Part shown: positions 52,091-61,679 of the stretch, in pieces | Layout of the letters: each line of letters begins with the position of its first letter | Numbering within the stretch: the first letter of the stretch is position 1 | NCBI RefSeq assembly: GCF_032191835.1 | Contig: NC_083228.1 | Span: 45,880,001-45,944,000 of the forward strand | DNA length: 64,000 bases | Source of the DNA: Heteronotia binoei | Taxonomy: Eukaryota | Direction: 5' to 3' | Notes under the pieces: generated by a model | What the model saw: only the letters and a program-made list of their open reading frames with translations | What the model was told of the DNA's origin: nothing | Database searches by the model: none | Position numbers and translations under genes: made by a program

Positions 52091-54329
52091 GTCTCTACTC
52101 TAACTTTCCACAGGCAAAATGAACTCAAGTAGTATTCATAAACGTAGGAATAATTTTTTTAAAAGAATGAAATATAACTTTTATTTGCAACAGGGACAGG
52201 AGAAATAAGTAGGTTCAGTAACAGGATTAAGAACTCCTAGTTGGGAATTTCCTGGAGATTTAAGGGTGAAACCTGGGAAAGTTTTGGGTATGCAACCCTA
52301 CCTACCACTCATCCAAGTTAAAAAGAAAAAAAGATAGTCCCCTGTGCAAGCACCAGTCATTTCTGACTCTCCTTCAAAATCACTAAAGGATCAGGCCTAC
52401 ATGAAATAGCCCCTCCCAGAAAAGGTGAAGCAGGCAAAAAAGACATATTTTTGTGAATGCCTAAATGCTGGTATTTTTGCTTCCCTGGGACAGAAGTCTT
52501 TTGACTCAATTTCCCTTCCCTGTCTTGCAGAAGACAGGTGGGGCACACATGATTCATGTGCAACATGAAGGCAGGAACAGAGCTGGTACAAAACAAATGT
52601 GTATGATGGCACTATCAGAAAAAAAGATAAGCCTGTGTCAGACTCAGAAGAATGCAAGCTTGTCATTGCAACTGGTGTTATAAAAAGGATTAATACATCA
52701 CTAGCAGTTAACTTCAGCCAAGATTAATTTATATGTTCCTCTAGGAAAAACAAACAAACAAAAAGTTTTCTTATCCAAGTACAAGAAGTAACATGTTTCA
52801 TTGTTGAGAAATTTAAAATATTTGAATTCCTTATCTTCTTTGGGCTTTTTAATGTTTTGATTTGGGGGGTAGTTGATAACTTGGATTGTTTTAAAGTTAT
52901 CCAGTATTCTGCAACACACTTCTTATCACCCCATTAAAAGCCTACTGTGCACTGTCCTTCTGAGAGTTCCACCTCCTTGTCCATTGAATAGTATGTGCAG
53001 CTGCATAACAATCCCTGGATGAACTCTACCACCTATTTTTCTACAAAATGACTGCTGGACATGACCAAAACAAATCCAGGAGTAAATGGTTTATTAAATA
53101 TAATGGAACCAACAAAATGTAGATCTGGTCAGGTGACTGCAAACTGACAAAACAGAAGCAAGTTGGTTTTGGGAAATGAAAAAGAAAAAGCATTAGAAAA
53201 GTATCCTTTAAAAATTTTGAATGCAAATGTTATTACTTTTTTAAAAAGCCCCTCTTTGCTTTGATTTTCTCATATTTAATTGAACATTTTATGAGCAGTG
53301 CTATCCTGTCCTGTAGCAGCTACTTCTCATGTGAAAAAAAGAAACTTATGCATTTATACAAAGAGGAGAGGCACATGTACCTCTGGGGGTGCAGCTCATA
53401 CATCTCCTTTGAGAAAGATTCACAATTCATTGTTTACTGAAGAACAGAGATATTTGCAAAGAGGACATGTTCAAATATCTTAAGTACTTTGCATCATTGA
53501 AAGCAATAAGTGACATGTCTGAGATTAAATTAGTCTTATCTGTTTTATAGCAGTGTTGCAAAAATAATGTTATCTATGTATTAGAAAAAGTTTGTGCTGG
53601 CCTGATAGTTGCACACCAGTAAACCTGGGCTCTTTCTTGATTGACAAATTAGAAGCAATTTGCTAATTCCTCGTGACATCATTTTTAAAGCTTTATAATT
53701 AAGATCTTTTTTTTGTCACTCCCACACTCTTCTTCTTATAATTAAAGTAAAATGTTAATTCCTGTACCAGAATGTGGTTCCTTGCTGTGATGCCTTTGAA
53801 GGTGAATGGGGATGGGGAAGAGGAGGGAAATGTGTTTTTGTCAAATGATAATGTTCACTTTTGATCTTTTCTATGTGAGTTAGATTGCCAAATTACAATA
53901 GCATTCCAGTGGAATGAATGTTAGAAGCTGTACAGATTAAAACTTTCATGCATTAAGGGATGGAATAATTAGTTACACTAAAGGAATATTTTTATTTAAA
54001 GAAATGTCATTTGTGAAGCATTTGGCTTTGATATATGGTTGCACATAAGAAATCCAGTGTTCCGTTGTGTAAAAGAAAAACAAGGAGTTATTAGTACACA
54101 TATACAAATATTTGTTGTTTTCTTGGTATTATGCAGAAGAATCCATAAATAAGGATGATGGTTAGAAGTTACACTCCAGATAGGAAGGTTCTCAATAGCA
54201 ACAAGTCAGTGCTCAAATAAGAAGATGTATAGAAGGATATAATGAAAAGCACAAATCCCTCCCACTGGCATTCAAAAGTTATGCTTTCCAGCTCTGTTCC
54301 ATCAGAGAACTTTACAAATTATACATTGG

Positions 54330-54520
54330 GGATCTCCAGCAGCTTGCCGCCTCGTGGCTTTGCTGCAGGGGAGCGTTTGCCTCCCTGGAGGGAAAGCGGA
54401 CTTTGGGCGCGCTTTTAGGCGCGTCTTTAAGGGGGCGGGGCCTAGGCCGTTATGCCTGTTGTGTGCGTCGGGATCTGTGGTAGCGCGGGGAAAAGAGCGT
54501 CGTGGGACCAATCGTTTTTA
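54330..54520 (+). promoter_or_regulatory. CpG-rich putative internal promoter of the YR element
   Basis: Many CpGs; GC box ggggcggggc at ~54432; CCAAT at 54508. Confidence 0.45.
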
Positions 54521-55069
54521 CTGTGGTTTATTCCTTGATCTTTGAGGGTGGAGGAGCTCCTTGTTGGGGGCTCTTTATACAGAGGACTTTCCTTCCACAC
54601 ACACCCCAAATTTTGCTTTTGGGCATGCGTGGTTTATTTTTCCTTGATCTTTGAGGACAGGGGGGGCTCCATGGTGGGGGCTCTTTATATGGAGGACCTT
54701 CCTTCCACCCACCCACTTAATTTTGACTTTTTGGTGTGCATAGTGGTTAAGGGGCCTTTCTTTAATTATTGCTCAGGCAGCCATTGCTCCTTCTTCTTAT
54801 TGTAGGCTTGGCAGCCATTTTACAGGCTTTTCAGTTTGGGATAAGGCAGCAGCCATTTGAAGGGTGTGAGTGGGAGGCCATTCCTTAATTACTGCTCAGG
54901 TGGTGGCCATTTTACAGGCTTTTTTAGTCAGTGTTAAGGTGGTGGCCATTTTAAGGGTGTGATTTGGGAGGCCATTTTTAGTGAAGGTTTTTGGGTGCGG
55001 CCATTTTAGGGGCTGGGTGCTGGTCCCCTTTTTGAGTTGGCATTTCTTTGTTAAGTAAGAGAATGTTGG

Positions 55070-56443
55070 GATGTAAATGGGTAGGAAAGTCCAAGGGCAA
55101 GCAGCCTGCATGTAAGGCTCCTAAGCCCCCGCAGAAGTGGCCCCCACCTCCTGCACTTTCTGATGAGGAGGGGGAGGATGAGGTGAATGCTGCGTGCCCT
55201 GGAGCAGGTGTCTGGGTTGCCATCTTTGGTGGGTTCTAAAAAAGGGCCAGTTTCCAAAATGGTTTTTCAGGCCAATATATTAATGCGTTTATCTATTTTA
55301 GAGGGCAGGTCTGCTGCTGCTGCCAGTGGAACTTTGTGTTCTGGGGTTCTTGATGCTGGAGCTGGCCCTTCATCTGGAGCAGGGGGTGCAGGTACTGCAT
55401 TGGTATTTGTCGGATTTCCAGGTAAGATAGGTGATGGTTCTGGTAATTACACGGGGCTTGTTTGGCCATGGGGGCCTTGGGGTCCAGCTGCACCTACCGG
55501 TGTGGGCTTGGCTCCTGGGAGTTCAAACACTTCTTCCTCTGTGGGCATGGGGCCTCAGGGTAACTGGGCATGGCCACAGGGCCAGTTTGGATCTTGGGGG
55601 AATTGGACTGGGGTGGGGAAGCAGGGGGTTGCGCCTTCCTTAACTGGGGGTTGGGGTTTACCCTCCCTGTATGGTTCAGTCCCTTTTGGTGTTTTGCCCT
55701 TTGATGAGGTCACCTTATTTTTGGGTGATCACCTGTTGCCGGCCACAAAAGAAAGATCCTTAAAGGGGAATATGTGGATATATTCTCCCTTTTATTTCGG
55801 GAGTTAGAAAAGAAAGACAAGGAGGAGCCTAACAACAAGGAGAAGGAGAAGCTAAAAAAAAGGAAGGTGGATCAGACCTGGGCCAATTGGCTTCCAGGGT
55901 TTTTTGTGTATGCTGGAGTGATAGCATGGCTTCCGGGTTTTTTTGTGTATTCTGGAGTGATAGCCCTGGTGGGCGGCAGCGCTGATCCAGTACATGGACA
56001 TCATATACAAAGCGTACGTGATGTTCAGCAGCCCGGCCTGGATTCAGTATAAGGAATTCAGGATGAGGGCCACTTTGTACCCTTCCCTCCCCTGGGATCG
56101 CATCCACCAGCAGCTGTGGCTGCAAGTTATGTCACCGGTGCGACCCAACTTGGGCGACCATTCTGACAGCGGTCATTTAATTGCTAAGGCTTCCGCTTCT
56201 CAGGCTACTTTGTCATCATCTTCCCGTGGTTCAGTGGGGCAGGCGGTTCAACCCCGCTTGCTTTGTTGGGAGTTTGGGTCACAGGGGGCGTGCAGTCAGA
56301 AAGCTTGCCAGTTCAAGCATGAATGCCCCCTGTGTGCTGGGCCACACTCCTTTAACAACTGTCCTAGGGAGAGACAGGGTGGGAGTGGGGGTTCTTCCCA
56401 AGCTGGAAAAGGGCCCCAGCCCAATAAAGGTGGGACCTCTTGA
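55070..56443 (+). pseudogene. gag-like ORF (frameshifted) with C-terminal Cys/His finger
   Basis: LGDHLLPATKE..., DIFSLL, AW..Y..FR; CWEF....CSQKACQFKHECPLCAGPHSFNNC; 39-bp in-frame tandem at 55888-55965. Confidence 0.85.
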
Positions 56444-58010
56444 GCGGTGACTAGGTAGGTACCCATGCAGGGCTGATAGTTTATATTTGTTGAACGGTTT
56501 TACATTGGGTTTTAGAATTCCTTTTCAGGGTTCTCGGGTGCCAACTTGGTCTTGGAACATCAGTTCGGTTAATGGTTTAGAGCATGTAGTGGAGGCTAAG
56601 ATTGCTAAGGAGCTGGTGGAGGGCAGGATTTTGGGCCCATTTTTTAGTCCTCCAGTGGTTAACCTTAGGGTTTCCCCTTTGTGGGTGGTACCTAAGAAGG
56701 CGCCTGGTGAATTTCGTTTGATTCACCACCTTTCTTACCCCAAGGGTTCTTCTGTTAATGATGGGATTCCCGAGGAACTTTGCTCAGTTAGGTATACTAC
56801 CTTTGATCAAGCCGTGGGCGTCGTTTGACGCTGTGGTCAGGGGGCTGAGCTAGCCAAATGCGATATTAAATCTGCATTTCGCCTTCTCCCTGTCCATCTG
56901 GATGATTTTGAGCTTTTGGGTTTCTCTTTTGCAGGGCAATTTTACATGGACAGGGCTTTGCCTATGGGCTGTTCTGTATCATGTGCTGCTTTCGAGTTTT
57001 TCAGCACATTCCTCGAATGGGCTGTGCATGAGAAAGTGGGGTTACAGGATGTTGTTCATTATTTGGATGACTGCCTGTTTGTGGGTCCCATGGGTTCTGG
57101 ACATTGCGCTCAGTTGTTGTCCAGCTTTATTGAGCTGCCTGCTGAGTTGGGTGTGCCATTGGCTGAGGAAAAAACTGAGGGCCCAGCCCAATGCCTTGTG
57201 TTTTGGGGAATTGAATTGGACACCCTAGCGCAATCGTCCAGTATTCCTTGTCAGAAGTTGGAGGATTTAAGGAGTAAGATTAGTACTTTCCTCCTTAAGA
57301 AGAAAGTTACACTTCTTGAGCTTCAGCAGTTAGTGGGGCACCTTAATTTTGCTTGCAAAGTGGTTGCTCCTGGAAAGGCCTTTCTTTGCAGTTTCTGTGA
57401 TGCTATGGCTGGCCTTCGCTTGCCCCAGCACAGGACTAGGGTTACCAGCAGCATGAGGGAGGACCTGCAGTTGTGGCAGGAGTTTTTGGAATCCTTTAAT
57501 GGGATTTCTTTTTGGAGAGAGGGCATGAGACTTGAGGCGGAGCTTCAGGTCATGTCCGATGCTTCTGGGTCATTAGGTTTTGGGTTCTACTTCCGTGGAC
57601 ATTGGTGCATGGATGTTTGGCCGGATTCATGGGTGCAGGCTGGTTTGACCCAGGATCTCACTTTTTTAGAATTTTTTTCCATTTTGGTTGCGGTTTGGTT
57701 GTGGGGGAGTGATATGGCCGATCGCACCGTTCATTTTTGTTGTGATAACATGGCTGTTGTTTATGTTACTAATTCACTTTCATCGTAACGGGTTATGAGG
57801 TTGGTGAGGGCCTTCACTCTGCGTTGCCTGCAGCTTAACATTTTGTTTTTGGCCAAGCATGTTCCTGGGGTGAATTACAGGGTGGCTGACGCTCTCTCTC
57901 ATAAAGAGATGGAAAGGTTTTGTCAGCTGGCCCTGGATGCCAATCAAGAGGCGGCCCCAATGCCCCAGGAGCTATGGCTGATTGGAGAGCCGAGGCCTGC
58001 AGAGCAATAG
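56410..58010 (+). pseudogene. pol: reverse transcriptase + RNase H (one frame, in-frame stops at 56448, 56826, 57786)
   Basis: VSPLWVVPKK, FRLIHHLSYP, DIKSAFRLLP, LPMG, YLDD, SDAS, LEF, CDNMAVV, ADALS. Confidence 0.95.
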
Positions 58011-58888
58011 GCCTAGCCATTGCGCCTAGCACCAGGAAGTCTTACGAATGTGCTGTGCGACAGTTTGAAGACTTTAGGGCCGAGGTAGGGTATCGCAATG
58101 TTTGGCCCCTCCCGGTGGAGCAGTTGCTCCATTACTGTGTTTCCTTAAAAGGTAAGGGATTGGCCGTGCGATCGATTAGAGGACGCTTGTCTGTGCTGGC
58201 TTTTGCTAGCAAGGCGTTAGGGTATAAGGAGGAAACAGCAGATTTTAGTATTCGAAAGATGCTGGAAGGGTGGTCCAGAGAGGTCGGGCCTAATCCTGAC
58301 ACCAGAAACCCTATGTCTCCTGCGATTCTTAGGGGTTTGAAGGGGGTTTGGAGTGCAATTTGTGCAGCTCACTTTGAGGCTGTATTGTTTCATGCAGTCT
58401 CTTTGGTGGCCTTTTTTGAGGCACTCAGGATCAGCGAGTTAGTGGCAAGCTCCAGGAAGGATGTTTCTGGTAGGGCGTTGTCTCTTGGGGATGTTAGGTT
58501 AACTGGGGGAAAGGCGGCTCTTACTGTCTGCCATTCCAAGACGTACCAACAGGGCATTGGGACTGTAGTGGAGCTCGGTCCATGTTCAGATGTGGAGCTT
58601 TGCCCGGTTTCCGCATTGGCTGATTATTTGGCGGTGCGAGGCGGCTGCGAAGGGTTGTTGTTTTGTCATTCTGGAGACAGCCCTCTGACAAAGCATCAGT
58701 TTTGGGCAGTGTCTAGGGCTTTAGCTCTTTAGGGGTCGTCGGGAGTGAGGTTTGGTACCCAGTCCTTTAGAATTGGGGCGGCCTCTATGGCCGTGGCTTT
58801 GGGATATTCTTCTTTGTCCATCCAGCGCCTTGGCCATTGGCGGTCTCGGGCTTATAAGGGTTATATTCGCCCTTTGCTCCACTCTTAG
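57974..58888 (+). pseudogene. Tyrosine recombinase (one in-frame stop at 58730)
   Basis: LRISEL (catalytic R), HSKT (K), GTQSFRIGAAS (HxxR with H>Q), LGHW, final YKGYIRP; overlaps the end of pol. Confidence 0.93.
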
Positions 58889-58949
58889 CCTTGTTTAGTG
58901 GAGTTGGGGTAGTTTTTAGGTTTTATAACTTGTTTGTTTTTTCTCTTTA

Positions 58950-59533
58950 GATGCTGTTGCTCCTGGCCGGAGGAGCCGAGTTCTCATCTGCAGGTACAGT
59001 TATGTGTTTTGGGCGGCACATCAGGCTCGGAGAACTGCTGTTGGCTTTCAGCTGGGACTCAGCCAATATGTGACTGTGGAATGGCGGGGGCACCGAGGTC
59101 TTTAGTGGCCTGGTTTGCTTCCACTTTTATTTCATGGGAGTGTTGTCCCGCCTCCTCAGGTTTTAATTATTCACCTGGGGGGAAAGGCATGGCTTTGATT
59201 TTGCAGGCTCAAGATGATTTCAAGTACATTAGGAAGAGATGGCCTGGTGCCAGTATAGTTTGGTCGGCCATGATTCCGCGCTTGGTGTGGCGCAGTGCTT
59301 GGAATCCAGCTGGGATAGAGAGAGCTTGTTACAGAGCAAATAAGGAGATTCATAAGGCATTGGAGGGTGGTTTGGGCCACTATTTGCCCCATCCGGATAT
59401 TTCTACAGAATATCCTGACCTCTACAGAGGGGATGGGATGCATCTCTAGGAAAAGGGTAATGTGCTTTTTCTGAGGGATCTTCGGCAAGGGCTTGCATTG
59501 TCATTGGGCCTTTTGGTGGGTGCTAAGCCCTAA
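58950..59533 (+). pseudogene. SGNH/GDSL-type hydrolase ORF (disrupted)
   Basis: VLIC(R)YSYVFW (block I-like), WRGHRGL, IIHLGG(K) (block III-like), WSAMIPR, YRGDGMHL (block V DxxH). Confidence 0.8.
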
Positions 59534-60899
59534 GTAGAGACTTGGCCTTAGTTGTGGCAGGTTTTACTGGGTTTATGGTGCCATTCATCCTGGGGAGGAC
59601 CGGTTAGCCTCCCCCTTTTGGGGAGTAAGGGGTCTGGCATGATCAACCTTTGGGTATTGGTGACCTGAGGTGTGTGAATGCAGACTGTCCTGGAGACTCG
59701 ACCAGATGGGTGCCTTTCGCTGAGACACGCGTCTGGTGATTGGGCCCTCCAGTGCGTGCCTCCCTGCTGGGCCTGCCTGATGGGAGCTGTGACACACAGC
59801 TCCGGCTGGGGGGCCAGTTCTCTCACCCACTAAAAGGCAGGGGAGTGGTCTGTGGAGATCCCTGGCCCTGACCTGGCCACAGTTTGGTTGCCCTAGCCGT
59901 TGCTGTGTTTATTTAATAAAGTGGCCCATAGTTTTACCAACTCACTTGTGTCTGCCTCTTTATTCCGACTTGGGAAGCCAATGGGAAACATACTATTATG
60001 GGGAAAGGAAGCTGGTATTTAATGAAAGAAATATTTTAAACAAAATAAAGCAAACTTTAAACTATTTCACATTTTCAGCACTTGGATATCAACTTGTGGT
60101 TTGGTTTGGTCTTGTCAGCTGAGGCAATAGGCTTTCAACCAGGTTTCTGGAACCTGATCAGCTGTCTGCCTTTTACATTCCAGAATTAAATGGAAAAAGA
60201 AGGGGAATTAAATTTTTCTTATGATCATGGCCTGAAACATCACTTTTTCTTCTTCTTCTTCCCCCCTTTTTAACATTGAGCCTGATGAAGGGTTCTGAAG
60301 AATGTGAAAGTTAGCACACTGTTTTATGTTATTTTGCTTGATCTCAGCAAAAATGGTCTGCCATTTTGCTGTAGAGTGACTACCTGCATCTTTTCCCTCT
60401 ACTAAAGTCAGTGGGTTGTTTCCATGAGCAGTTTTTAGAGTTAGATCAAGTGTTTAGAGTCTATAGAGTTGGGCTTTTAAAAGCATTTCACTTCTGTCAC
60501 TGTGACAGTTTTGATGTTCTTTAATTCAAGAAGTATGAGGGGACCAAAGGCCTGATTCAGCAGGAAGGAGACATATAGAGTAGCTGAGTCAGGTCAAAGC
60601 CTCTTAAAATCAGACACTACAAAAACATTACTTTAGCTTTATGAGTTTCTAATAAAGTTTTTGTAACTCATTCGTAAGCATTCATTGCAACTAGATATCT
60701 GCCTGCAGGCAGTTGTCTTGATAGGCTTTACAATAAAAGCATAGTCTTGGATCTGTGTGGTCATTTTGCCTTACTGACAGTAATAGAAGACAATTCTACT
60801 TTGACTCTGCCCCAAATACATACCTTGGTCATAAGCATGGGGGTTTTAGCACCATAGGACATTAAATAGGCAGTTTTTATGCCTCTAATATTTGTTTCC

Positions 60900-61030
60900 A
60901 TGCCTTTCCTCTAAGAAGATTAGGGTTCTATTGTCTTCCATTTCCCCCCAAAGTGACCTTATGAAGTACGTTGTGCCCAACTTCACCCAATGAGTTCCAT
61001 GGCTGAATGGAGATTTGAACCTGGGTGTCC
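60900..61030 (-). mobile_element. MIR-like SINE fragment
   Basis: ttgtgcccaacttcacccaatgagttccatggctgaatggagatttgaacctggg. Confidence 0.55.
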
Positions 61031-61061
61031 ATGGAAGTAGCATACAAGTTTGCATAAACAC

Positions 61062-61266
61062 ACAAAAAGTACTATCAAACCACAGCTGACTTATGGTAAC
61101 CTCTTGAGGTTTTCAAGGCAAGAGACATCAGAGTTCCCTGCCCCTACATGGCAGCTCTGGACATCCTTGGTGGTGTCCCATTCAAGTACTAACCAGGACC
61201 AACCCCACTTAGCTTCTGAGATGTGATGAGATGGGGCTAGCCTGGCCCATCCAGGTCCGGGCTACA
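61062..61266 (-). mobile_element. 5S rRNA-derived SINE (SINE3-type)
   Basis: Minus strand ccccatctcatcacatctcagaagctaagtggggttggtcctggttagtacttgaatggg resembles 5S rRNA, followed by a non-5S tail. Confidence 0.85.
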
Positions 61267-61382
61267 TAAATACATATGCAAATATTAAATAGTGGTTTGA
61301 TTTACAAGTTATTTTTTTAAGAAAAGAATCAGCATCCCAAGATATTTATTGAGTCTTTATATATACCTAACTGATAAATCAT

Positions 61383-61679
61383 AGAGCCCCATGGTGCAGA
61401 GTGGTAAAGCTGCAGTACTGCAGTCGGAGCTCTCTGCTCACAACCTGAGTTCGATCCCAGCGAAAGCTGGTTCAGGTAGCCGGCTCCAGGTTGACTCAGC
61501 CTTCCATCCTTCTGAGGTTGGTAAAATGAGTACCCAGCTTGCTGGGGGGGAAGTGTAGATGATTGGGGAAGGCAATGGCAAACCACCCTGTAAAAAGTCT
61601 TCTGTGAAAACGTTGTGAAAGCAACGTCACCCAAGAGTCGAAAACGACTGGTGCTTGCACAGGGGACTACTTTTACCTT
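61383..61679 (+). mobile_element. Sauria SINE (Squam1-type), full length
   Basis: tRNA-like head, gttgactcagccttccatcct core, Bov-B-like tail ggcaatggcaaaccaccc; 15-bp TSD taactgataaatcat at 61368-61382 and 61680-61694. Confidence 0.93.

Larger units (their letters stand above)
54326..59980 (+). mobile_element. Tyrosine-recombinase retrotransposon (DIRS superfamily, Ngaro-like), full coding complement, inactivated
   Basis: Order gag - RT/RNase H - YR - SGNH hydrolase - 3' terminal region with AATAAA. Boundaries judged from the GC shift; no TSD seen. Confidence 0.92.

Noticed and set aside
61160-61266. 5S rRNA gene (also at 42780)
   Set aside because: Partial, diverged and fused to a retroposon tail.
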